A DNA stretch of 64,000 bases, from contig NW_026889750.1 of the NCBI RefSeq assembly GCF_033153115.1, forward strand, positions 26,598,001-26,662,000, read 5' to 3'. Under the pieces are notes generated by a model. The model searched no databases, was not told where the DNA came from, and saw only the letters and a program-made list of their open reading frames with translations. Shown here piece by piece: positions 14,535-26,010 of this stretch. Positions within the stretch are counted from its first letter, which is position 1. Every line of letters starts with the position of its first letter. Source of the DNA: Saccostrea echinata (taxonomy: Eukaryota). A program made the position numbers and the translations under genes.

Positions 14535-14785
14535 TATTTGTTGTTTTACGTCCCGTTCGAGAATTTTTCACTCACACAGAGACTTCACCATATACCGGTT
14601 AAGGGCTTCAAATTTAGATCTTTATACTCGGCACTCAGGGCCATTGAGCAGTGGGGTTCCTTATCGTGCCAACGCCTACCGTGACACGGGGCCTCGGTTT
14701 TTAACACAAGGAACAGTTGCTTCCTATTTTTTATCGACTTAGGTCATGATCAGTCGGGGCCGTGATTCGAACACACGACCTACCA
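14535..14785 (-). mobile_element. tRNA-derived SINE, family B (degraded)
   Basis: Reverse complement matches the 48130-48384 copy (aaaccgaggccccgtgtcacggtaggcgttggcacgat; gagtgaaaaattctcgaacgggacgtaaaacaac tail), with a B-box-like gttcgaatc. Confidence 0.7.
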
Positions 14786-15229
14786 AATTTACGTTGAAAT
14801 GCAAGTCCTTCAAATCATTGATTAACTGTAAAAATTTCGAATGGTGAAGCTGATCTCAATATTACACAAGACAACGTTAAAGAAGTTATAATAAGCATGA
14901 CAAAAACTTGTCATGTTTACATTTCTTGAGTACGGGAAAAACCAACTTTGACGTCACATGTAAGATAAATCAGCGAAATAAGATACTGTATATCTACATA
15001 AGATTTCCGTCATCACCCATGCAAAAATAATTTTTGTGTTCCCCGTTTCTCAAAAATATTTTATCATATACTGATTATGACCTGTTTTTACATAATAATA
15101 CCGCCCCTGTATTCACCGAGTATGATCTTCCTGTACTAACAGATCGTGAATGACGTCACCGACTTGTTGGACGCGCAGTTTAGGGAAACAGAGGAGTGGA
15201 TCAATCTTTTTCATAATTTGTTAATGTTT

Positions 15230-15566
15230 ACAAGAATGTAATAACTCATCAAAGTAAAGTCACATACCAAAAATCAGCACAGTACCTGCAATCGTTTAGA
15301 AGAAAATTGCGGAAAACCCTGAAAAATTGAAAAGGTCGTAATTCCGTCAAAAAGCACTGAAGAACAAAATGCAAACTTGATCTGTAACTCATTAAGATAC
15401 ACTCACATGCCAAAAATCAGCTCAATATCTGCACGCGTTTAGAAAAAAACGTGCGGAAAACCAAGTGGGACAGACTGACAGACAGACAGAGGGACAGCTG
15501 AATAGACGGACGGACAGACTCGGAGGAAACCTATAGTCCCCTCCGGTTTCACCGGTAGGGGACGAA
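15230..15566 (-). mobile_element. Helentron-type non-autonomous element (HINE), copy 1, 3'-truncated
   Basis: Reverse complement of the 15624 copy: gtcccctaccggtgaaaccggaggggactatagg head plus a GTCY microsatellite. Confidence 0.7.
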
Positions 15567-15623
15567 AAGGCGTAAACTGTTCCAACCCACGTTGTACCAG
15601 TATAACTTGGGTAACTATTAAAT

Positions 15624-16076
15624 TTATTAGTTCCCTACCGGTGAAACCGGAGGGGACTATAGGTTTCCTCCGAGTCTGTCCGTCCGTCTGTCTGTCTATC
15701 TGTCCCTCTGTTAGTCTGTCCCACTTGGTTTTCCGCACTTTTTTCCTAAACGCTTGCAGATCTTGAGCTGATTTTGGTATGTGAGTGTATCTTGATGAGT
15801 TACAGATCAAGTTTGCATTTCGTTTCGCTTCATTGATTTTTGAGAGAATTACGGCCTTTTCAAGTTTTAGGGGTTTTCCGCAATTTTCTTCTAAACGCTT
15901 TCAGACATTGAGCTGATTTTTGATATGTGACTTTACCTTGATTAGTTATAGATTAAGATTGCATTTCGTCCCGCTTCATTGACTTTTGACGGAATTATGG
16001 TATTTTCAATTCTTAACGGGAACCAGATTACACTTGCCGGTAGGGGACTAATATTGCTAATGCAATACTCTCAGAT
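15624..16076 (+). mobile_element. HINE copy 2, same family
   Basis: Head hairpin, (GTCY)n, two internal repeat units, 3' subTIR ccggtaggggac and hairpin attgctaatgcaat. Confidence 0.75.
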
Positions 16077-16187
16077 CCCATCATTAAGTATAGTAAATAA
16101 AACAATTTCTCCTTGAAGAATGCCTTCAAATTGTACATGTTTTAAAAGTAACGTCACGAATTGTTACGTTTTTGACGATATGAACTA

Positions 16188-17073
16188 ATTTTTAGTCCCC
16201 TAACGGTAAAACCGGAGGGGACTATAGGTTTCCTCTGAGTCTGTCCGTCCGTCTGTCTGTCTGTCCCACTTGGTTTTCAGCATTTTTTTTCTCTATGCTT
16301 TTGAGAATTGATTTGAAACTTGCTATGTACCTTTATAGTGATAAACTACAGATCAAGTTTGAATTTTATCATGTTTAACAAATAGGTTCTAGAGTAAATC
16401 AGTTTTAAACATTCCTCTTTTTTATAATAGTTCAAGATCGGGTTGGTGCTGCACTATTTTAATGTTACAAAACGAGGTTGTCAGGTTTAAAATTATTGAT
16501 TTCAAATTTGCTAGGTAGCTTTATAGTGACAAACTATAGATCAAGTTTTAAGCATTCCTCTTTTTAAAATCGGGTTCAAGATCAGGTTCGTGCTGCACTA
16601 AAATGTTCTAAAAACGAGTTTGTCGATTGTGACAGAAGACGGTAAAGTAATATTGTGCATTGTTTTCCACAATTCCTACCAGCGAATACTTAATATACTT
16701 GGCAAAATAGTAGCAGATGCAAAAAAGACTGAATATTTTCCCCGATTTGAATGTTTTTATATCCCTATTTATGTATAAGTTAAAGCCAGAGATTTTTTAT
16801 CGGGTGTTAAATGCCAGGTTAGGAAAAACGAGTAACGTAAGCAATTGTCGTGTTATTCATACATTATGTGATTTTAGTCAAACACGTCTTTGTAAGACAG
16901 ATTTCATTCCAACATTTCATTCATAAGCAAGTAATCCGAAATATCCACATTTGGGGTAGGGGTGGGGCACAGTTATCATATACAGGGTCTTATAAAATGA
17001 CATCCTAAAAAGAAATGGGATACCGGTAGGGGATATGTACTGCTTATGCAATACTCTCAGAATGCTTGCTTTT
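16188..17073 (+). mobile_element. HINE copy 3, same family, different internal sequence
   Basis: Same head, and a 3' end of accggtagggga...tgcttatgcaatactctcagaatgcttg. Confidence 0.75.
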
Positions 17074-17460
17074 ATCCAAGTAAAAAGGCGTTACAATAAA
17101 AAATAAATTATTAATTATTGAATTATTTGAAATTCATATACAGAGTACACGACAATTAAATTGTTGTGTTATCATTTTATGAATTTATAATAATTGAATG
17201 ATTATACAACCAACCAATTTTTCACCCATTACACATAGCCAATATACGTTCCGACAAAAATCTTGATTGGTTACAAAAGAACACTCAAACAATTATCTTG
17301 AAACGGAAACATCGCAGAGATACTGTCTGCTACTGATACTTCACATAGAATGTTGTTTCATTCTAAATGTTCAAAACATCTTCCTAGAGCAAACATGTCC
17401 TAAAAACATCATGTGTGAAATACCTCCCAAACTGAGTCATGTTTTGAAAAATCTTTGATA

Positions 17461-18286
17461 TATGGTGTTCCGTTGGGGCCACTCGCACCTTCGCACTCTC
17501 GCCTTTAGGGCGAAGATGCGAGAGTGCGAAGTGGCGAAGGCGAAAGTGCGAAGGCGAGAAAGTGCGAAGATGCAAAGGTGCGAGGGCGAAGGTGCGAAGT
17601 AGAAGGAGCGATCCTAGTTTCGCTCCTTCGCATTCTCGCCCTCACACCTTCGCACTTTCGCCTTCGCCTTTTTTGTGGAGTTCTCTATCGTTTGAAGATA
17701 ATTTTATTTATAAAAATGGCGTCTGCAGAAGAAGATGAACTATTCAGTCTGTTGCGAATATATTTCCAGCAAGGATTTTCGCATAATGAAATTCGAATGT
17801 TATCGTATTTAAACCACGGTATTGAATTAAGGTATGCTATTTAAGAAAAGTCCCAGGAGTCTTGAAGTGCACACACATATAGTGGGCATTACGTTTTAAA
17901 ATATAGAGTTACATAATCATGATAATGTTCAAGCCTAGTTTTACACTTGTTAACAGGTTGAAAGATATGTCAGATAACCCTGTAAAATATTAATGAATTT
18001 TTAATAATTAACTGATAGTAAGCACGACATAATGTTGCTTACCATCCATTTTGGCGCCGTCACACTAATCTAGCGCATGCGTACCAATAACATCCAAGAG
18101 CCCATTAAAATTAACTCATAACGACAAAGAGCTCCATAGTAGTAAAATGCGAAGGCGAAAGTGCGAAGGCGAAAGTGCGATATTAGTATCGCTCCTTCGC
18201 CTTCGCTCCTTCGCCTTTGCACTCTCGCATCTTCGCCCTAGAGACGAAGAGTGCGAAGGTGTGAGTGGCCCCAACGGAACACCATA
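17461..18286. mobile_element. Internally deleted IS3EU-like DNA transposon
   Basis: TIRs tatggtgttccgttggggccactc(g/a)caccttcgcactct; TAY..RTA ends; subterminal gcgaaggcgaaagt repeats; first exon MASAEEDELFSLLRIYFQQGFSHNEIRMLSYLNHGIEL (17716-17831) followed by GT. TSD not resolved. Confidence 0.65.
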
Positions 18287-18651
18287 TATATATATATGAT
18301 TATTCTAATAAATAGCATGCTCATAGTAAATCAGCTATAAATTATAATCATAAAAATCAGTTTAATTTTATTGTTAGATAAGCTGAACTTGTTCCAATTA
18401 CTAGTTACTGTAATTCAATCGCAACTTTATATAAACAGATTTAATATGAAGTACAAACTGTTAAAACGCTAAAAGACCATTATTTAACAAGTGTTTTATC
18501 CGATACCTTTTTGCAAAAAATTGTTGAACAGGTTTGCAACAAGTATTACAGTGTACATGTATTTCGCTAGTGGTATTATATGTATGGTGCCATACTTATG
18601 TCCCCCATGCAAGTTTTTTTTTTCCACGAATACTATCAATATGCAAGATAT

Positions 18652-19688
18652 TGTTACGAAATTCATTTCTTCACGTTGTGTATTTAAACCAGTTGATCAC
18701 TCGCAGCGTATAAATAGTGTACTATCCAGTCGTTGTTTTCATTAGATTAATATGTATAGTAACAATATAACACGTGCTATGTTTGTTATCAAATAATCGG
18801 TAAATAGTTGTAAAATATATTGATTATATGCTGTCAATCGTATATTATTATTTTGAGTCGGGTTCACTGTTTTTCGACCCGGTCTCGATCTCGATAGCAT
18901 GTTTAATTTGAAGTTATTTATCACGTTTCATCTAGGAACATTTCATTGTCATTGTTTATATCAACTTAATAAAGTAATAGCTACTTGTACTTATCAAATT
19001 TTGGAAGATAAAATCCCATTTTGTATGGTTATTAATGATTCTCCATTAGAAAACTTCACTGCGTGCACTTTCCCTGATTTGTTTATTCCGGAAGTGGCGT
19101 AGGGTCGTTTCGGATCAGTGATTGGTTAATTGAAGTAACCAGTCGGTACAGTAAGAGTATATAATCAGCGGAAAATTCATCTGCTAGGAGGAGAAAGGGG
19201 GGAGAGAAATTCGGAAAGCAGAAGCTGAGAAGCATCTCCCATATACACCCTATTACTAGGGATGGCTACACAAAGCAGATGGGTAAAATTTATATTACAC
19301 TTAGTTACATTATATTTAGATATATAGGCGCTGAGATATCCCTGTGGGAGGCCCATAAGTAGAGCTGGGAGACCCATCGACGGGAAAACGTATGGGAGGA
19401 TCTATGGGAGTTACATTTTATTAATAACAGTATAAAGGGCTTATAAATTAGGTATCAACAAAATATTAAATTAAAGAAAATATATTTTCAGTACAAGTAG
19501 CTAGTTTTTATAATCATTTGAGGAGATTTAGATTATTCATACGGGTTGTGGGAGTGACATATTTTCAAGGTGTCAGATATTGTGATTTTTATTATTACAA
19601 TAGTCATATCAAATTGTACATAGTGTAAATCAATCTTATTTGTTGAACTTTTATCCTGACTTAAATATTCATTCCAAATAAAGTTAAC
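18652..19688 (+). repeat. 5' LTR of the Gypsy element, missing its last ~60 bp
   Basis: Matches the 3' LTR up to ...aaataaagttaac, then runs straight into gag-like sequence. Confidence 0.9.
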
Positions 19689-21186
19689 AAGTTTTTAGTC
19701 CCACTGTATCCGTCATGGAAAAACGGGAAAGAAGGTATCTCAGCAGCCATCTCTCCCATACCTGAAAATGCAAGTGTTTCATTAGTTAGAATTTTACAAG
19801 AGCAATTTTCTAGTGAATTTGCGAAGATGAACCAAAAGATAGGAGAGCAATTTGTAAGCATTAGGGAAGAAATTGATAGGAAGTTAGAGAATATGCAAGA
19901 AGAAATTTTAAAGTTTAAACATGAATCCAAGAATTTATGGGAACAGGATCAAGTAAGGGTAAAATGTGCCCATATAAATGACAGACCCCCGTATCAAATG
20001 CCATTACATGTAGGTTATGAAAATTTAAGGGAAAATCGGAACCCAAGCTCGTTCAACCATTATAGAGTGGGAGGAGCTAATGGGATGAATAGAGGGATTA
20101 TTGATGATCAATATAACCTTACGGGTGACCTCCCTCAAATTAGTAGGAAAGATTCAAGGTCAAGGTCAGGGATGGGAGATTACCATCAGTTACCCAATAT
20201 GACCAGATTTAGCACCCCTGATCAAAATGAGAATAGGAATATGTTAACGCCCACTGGGGATCCCCCCCAGGGAAAAAGCCAAACCCAGGATATTTGATGG
20301 GAATGAGGACTTTGACGACTATCTCTCACAGTTTGAGATAGTTGACGACCTTAATAATTGGGATTATAGAACCAAATCTTTACAGTTAGCGGGTCATTTA
20401 GCTAAAGATGCATGTGGTTTGTTGGGAGAGTTGAGCCCAGATCAGAGAAGGGATTATGGTACCCTGATAACGGCATTAGAAAGACGTTTTGGGGCGACAG
20501 AAAGATCTGAGATGTTTAGAGCAAAATTAAAAACCCGGGAAAGGGGTAAAAATATGAGCATCTCCGAACTAGCTCAGGCAATAAAGAAATGACCCAGGCA
20601 AGCCTATCCCAGTGCTGAGCCAAGTCTCACTTACTTAATGTGTTAGCATTAGATCAGTTTATAGATGCGTTACCAGATCCCGACATTAGGCTGCGCCTTA
20701 GGGAGGCCCGACCTAGGGATATTAGTGAAGCAGAAACTCTTGCAATAAGGTTAGAAACTTATAGGTTGGCAGATACACAGAAATGTTCAAACAATGTAAA
20801 TGCCATAGATTCTAGTGGGAGTAAAAACACCCATGATTCATTGACAAAGTTATTAGGAAGATTGAATGAGAACATAGAAAGGTTGGAAAAAGCAACCAGT
20901 AGACAGAATCCCAGCCCACTTATTAAAAGGGGAAATTGGGAAAAATGTAAATCAGAGAAATAACCAGAGAGATTTTGGTTGGAGATTCCAAAAATCTAAT
21001 TATAATGGCCCAAACCATAGGAGGGAAAATGGGAGTAGCTATTCTTGGAAAAATCAAAATGGGACTGCCTCAAACCAAAGTCCCAAACAGGGAAATTCAA
21101 GCACTTGTAAACAACAGGGAAACTGTCCCGTGTCGACTTCGTGGGTAGGAAATCGGCAAACATTAAGGGGAGGCCCACTCCATAAG
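19689..21186 (+). pseudogene. gag: gag, frameshifted and 5'-deleted
   Basis: Capsid-like motifs FDGNEDFDDYLSQFEIV..LNNWD and LALDQFIDALPDPDIRLRLREARPRDISEA spread over broken frames. Confidence 0.8.
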
Positions 21187-21197
21187 AAGTAATTGAA

Positions 21198-24100
21198 ATG
21201 AAACCCCAGAAAAATGAAACAAAGTGTCAAAAAATTGTTAGTGATTCAAAGGTTAATGATATGTTTTTGACCTCAAATGAGGGAAATGAGAGTGAAAAGG
21301 TTGAGAGGGACAAGGGTGAAAACTCTGTCCCAAAAGAAACCCTTACTCAGGCAACAAAAGTAGTTATTCATAATGCAAGCAAAATTAAATCAGGTATTTT
21401 TGTTCCCACACAAATCAATGGGAAAGAATGTAGATTTTTAGTAGATTCTAGGGCAGATGTTACCATTATTAGCACCCGTTTTTTAGAGAAATGTTTGGAT
21501 GGGGAAGCACCTTTCTTAGAACTATGATGTGAAACTAGTCTCTGCTACAGGGGACCCAATACCAAATAGTGGGAAATGTGAAGTCCATTTCAAAATGGGG
21601 AAAAATGAAATCACCCACAAAGTGATAGAAGCTGATATTAGGTACAGTGGTATCTTAGGTTTAGACTTCATGACTGAACATTCATGTGATATATTAGTTC
21701 AAAAGATGCAGTTTACGTGTTAAGAGTCAGGAAATCCCTTGTTTAGATTTAGTAGTGATGAGGTAGATTGTACATTTAGAGTTGCATTAATGGAGGACGT
21801 GAAAGTACCTCCCAACTCAGAATTTATTGCCCGAGGTAGAATATTAGATTCTATTCCTAAATGGGATGAGGCATTGGTAGAGCCAAATATAGAATTTATG
21901 GGTAAACATGAAGTGCTAGTGGCTAGAGCACTTGTTAACCCCACATCTGGGACAATCCCATTGAAAGTCATGAATGTGTCAGATAGGGAAATTAAACTCT
22001 ATAAACATAGTCTTATGGGAGCAATGGAGAAAGTCTCTATGTTTAGAGATGACATTTTAACTGATTCAGAAATCAGCTTGGTAGAAATACCCCATTAATT
22101 TACCAGAACTTCTGAAAAATTTGTATGAAGAGTCATGTATTGGGATAACCGAAATTGAAAAAGTACAATTAAAGGATTTACTTGTAAAGTATCAGGGTTG
22201 TTTTTCTAAAGATTCAGAAGATATGGGACTTACAAATATGGCAGAGCATAGAATATATACTGGGAATAGTAGACCCATTGAGCAAGCCCCTAGAAGAATC
22301 CCTCTTGCTAAAATGCAAGATGTTACTAGAGAAATAAAAGAAATGTTAGCTAAGGTAGTGATTGAAGAATCAGATAGTTCCTGGAGCTCCCCAATAGTTC
22401 TAGTTAAAAAGAAAGATGACTCAATTAAGTTTTGTATAGACTTTAGAAAACTCAGTGAAGTTACTTTAAAGGATAGTCACCCTATTCCTAGGATAGAGTC
22501 AATCTTAGATGCCCTCTCGGGAACAAAATACTACTCGACTTTTGATTTGAAAAGTGGATATTTGCAGGTTAAGGTAGCAGATGAAGATAAACCCAAAACA
22601 GCGTTCTCAATTCCGGGGGGGGGGGGTCATTGGAATTTCACCGTCATGCCAGTTGGTTTGTGCAATGCACGTGCCGCCTTCCAAAGGCTGATGGAAAAAG
22701 TACTCTCTCATTTATCATGCGAAATTTGTATGGTATATCTTGACGACATAATTGTCTTAGCCCCCGACTTTTCCCAACACCTAAGGAACTTAGAAAAAGT
22801 GTTTAGTAGATTACAGCATGCAAACCTTAAAATCAACCCTAAAAAGTGTAAGCTTTTAGAGAGGGAAGTGGCATACTTGGGACATATTATAAGTGAACAG
22901 GGAATAAAAACCGACCGTGACAAAATTGATGCGGTCCAAGATTGGCCCATACCTAAGAATGTTAGGGAAAGAGGGACAATATGTGATAGATATGGATGCC
23001 TCAAATACAGGCATGGGGTCTGTCCTATCACAAATCCAAGATGGAGAAGAAAAGGTCATATGTTATTATAGTAAACTATTTAACATGGCTTAACGCCGAT
23101 ATTGTGTGACTAGACGGGAATTGTTAGCTATTGTTCAATCCATCAAACACTTCCACCATTATCTTTAAAGACAAGTATTTAAAATAACAGACCATGGTTC
23201 GTTACGATGGCTTTTGAAATTTAAAAATCCCGAAAGACAAATAGCTCGTTGGTTACAGACACTAGCTTCTTACCAATCTGAAATAGAGCACAGGCCAGGT
23301 CGCTTACATGGGAACGCGGATGCTTTATCCCGTAGACCTTGAGCTGATGTAGAGTGCACATACTGTGCTAAGGCAGAGGTAAAATACTTACCTGAACAAC
23401 TCGTACAGAAATGTTCCATTGTTGAAACTAGTTATTGGCACCTACAAATAATGAAGATAAAAGTAACATAGGAAATTTTGATGTAGGAAAATATCAAAGA
23501 GGAGACCCAGATTTAACACGTTATTAAATTTGGTACAAAATGGGACTCGGCCCAATTAGGGAGATATATCCCATTTAAGTAAAACTTGCAAATTTTATTG
23601 GGTAAGATTTGAATCTTTAGAATACAGACACAATATTCTATATTACGTTCATGATGGGTTGGATAAGAAATATTGTATTGTGATCCCAAAAGTTTTAGTG
23701 GGAGAAGCTTTGACCCTGTTAAATAACAGTACTACAGGAGGTCATTTAGGTATTAAAAAGACCCTATTCAAAGTAAGGGAAAGACATTTTGGTACAAAAT
23801 GAGTAGTGATACAAAACATTGGTGTGTAACATGCGACATTTGTGAATCTAGAAAATCCCCTAATAGGAGAATATTCCCCACTTCAAAAATATGTGGTTGG
23901 CGCTCCTCTTGAAAGGGTGGCAATTGACATTATGGGACCATTACCCAAGTCCAATAAGGGAAACCTCTACATATTAGTTATGGGCGATTATTTTACAAAA
24001 TGGGTGAATGCAGTTTCCATACGTAATCAGAAAGCCACAACAGTAGCTCAAAAGTTAATTGATAGAATAGCTAACATTTTTGGAACGCCCATGCAAATCC

Positions 24101-24765
24101 ATAGCGATCAGGGAAGATCATTTGAGTCAGATGTATTTAGGGAAATGTGTAGAATACTTGGGATTGAGAAAACCCGAACCTCACCATATAGACCTCAATC
24201 AGATGGTTTAGTAGAGCGTGCAAACAGAACAATAGAAAATATGTTAGCATCATTTGTCTCCCAAAATCAAAAAGATTGGGATGAACATTTATCCTTACTC
24301 ATGTTAGCTTATAGGTCCGCCCAGCATGAGGCGACTGGTGTGAGTCCATGTGAGATGATGCTTGGTAGGCATGTTTCTCCCCCAGCTGCTATAGTATTGG
24401 GAAGGCTACAACCTGAAAATACATTACAAATGTCAGAGTATGCTTACATATTGTCTCAAACTATGGATAAAATACATGAGTTTGCTAGGGATAAAATAAA
24501 GTTAGCTACAGAGAAAATGTTAAGAGAATACAACTCAAAAATAAATTTTCAAAAGTTATGAAGAGGGGGAGCTTGTGTGTTACTATACCCATAACCTTAA
24601 TAAAATGGGATCGCCAAAGCTCCAATGTTATTGATCAGGACCATACTTAATTTTGAAAAGAATCAATGATGTTGTATACAAAATAAGAAAAACAACGAAA
24701 AGCAAACCCAAGGTCGTGCACTATAATCTGTTGAAGCCTTACAAAGGAATTAATAGACCCAATTA
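21198..24765 (+). pseudogene. pol: pol (protease, RT, RNase H, integrase) with stops, frameshifts and a deletion
   Basis: PR FLVDSRADVTII; RT SSPIVLVKKKD, FDLKSGY, YLDDII; RH DASNTGMGSVLSQ, TRRELLA, NADALSR; IN GGHLG..C..C, AIDIMGP, IHSDQGRSFES, GLVERANR, and a GPY..VVHYNLLKPY tail. Confidence 0.95.
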
Positions 24766-24910
24766 GTTATATGGGAAAAATATTTAGCCTAGAGTTTATT
24801 AAATAATTTATCTTAAAATTTATTATGTCATTTTCTGCAGTTTTATTTATTCCCATGTTTGATATTCTTGAATATCATCACAGAATAAGGGACTAAGTAT
24901 CACTTTACAG

Positions 24911-26010
24911 GTTCAGAGGTTTAGATGTGGACTGTGTGAGTGCGAACGAGAGTTTACCAAGCAGAGCCACTGCGAGAGGCATATGACGGCCGTTCACTCA
25001 GGCTTTGTTTTTAAATGCTCGTCATGTGGAATGATACTGGACCGCAAGGACCAGAATCACGGGTGTGAGGCAGGACCCTGCAGAGAGTGAAGAAGACCAC
25101 ATTAACACTCACCCTGGAGGAGGAGAAGGAATTTGAGGTGTTCCAGCGAGGGAGGGGGAGGCACGGTAGAACCTTTAATGAGGGAGCCCCCCTGGCCTTC
25201 AGCGATCAGCCGTACCATCCCAGCCAGGCTAAGAGGAGGGCACATTCAAGAAACCGAGAAAGGGAGGAAGCAAGCAGAGATGCCCACCCCGGTGCCACCA
25301 CCCTTGCCTTCTGAAAGGAACAATCCGCTTTGCAGAACCCCATCCCGCCAGTTGATGTAGTCAGCATGAGTAAGACGCAGGATACACCAGCTTCCACCCA
25401 TGAGTCACCACACAAGAGCCAATTAACACCAGAGGCAAGGAAGTCATACAAGCGACTTTTTGGCGACACACTCAGCTATTCGGAGGATGAAGAGGCCCTT
25501 CTATCCCCAGATGTATCAATAACGGAACCCCCAGTGACGTCCACACCCATTCGTTCAGTAACGACCACCACTGAAAGGGAGTTTGATAAGAAGGACGCCA
25601 CAGTACAAGCATCTCTTCCCTGCTATTTGTTCCATCCAGCTACGATGCCACAGGATCGAGTAGGCTTGGATGTTGGGGGGAGGCTGTTTGTGACAACTCG
25701 AGCCACTCTGAGGAATCAACCAGATTCACTGTTCTTCAACATGATGGAGGACCCTGCTATCGTACACGCTAAGCGATAGTGGAACCTTGATGTGTATTTC
25801 ATAGACAGAGAATCTACATATTTCGATACCATTCTTCACTTTCTCAGAGACGGGGCCAAAAACATAAACTGTCATTTACCTAGTGATACCAAAACCCTAC
25901 GGAAAATCCATATTGAAGCAGTGTATTACAAGTAAGAGACTTTGGCGGATATAATCGGTAGCCATATGTTCGTGATGATCATGGGCCACAAAGTGTTCCA
26001 GGAAGAATGA
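24911..26010 (+). pseudogene. Extra ORF inside the Gypsy element: C2H2 zinc finger(s), P/S/T-rich linker and KCTD/T1-type BTB/POZ domain (disrupted)
   Basis: From 24911: FRCGLCECEREFTKQSHCERHMTAVH-SG-FVFKCSSCGMILDRKDQNHGC. 25657-25960: RVGLDVGGRLFVTTRATLRNQPDSLF..YFIDRESTYFDTILHFLRDG..LP..LRKIHIEAVYYK*ETLADII, which reads in one frame through two stops (25777, 25933). Confidence 0.85.

Noticed and set aside
25777-25935. Programmed readthrough or recoding of the in-frame stops in the BTB region
   Set aside because: The whole element has many stops and frameshifts; TAG and TAA are most simply point mutations.
25330-26010. Host KCTD gene or independent processed pseudogene
   Set aside because: It lies inside the LTR boundaries in sense orientation, is linked to zinc-finger sequence, and has no poly-A tail or TSD of its own.
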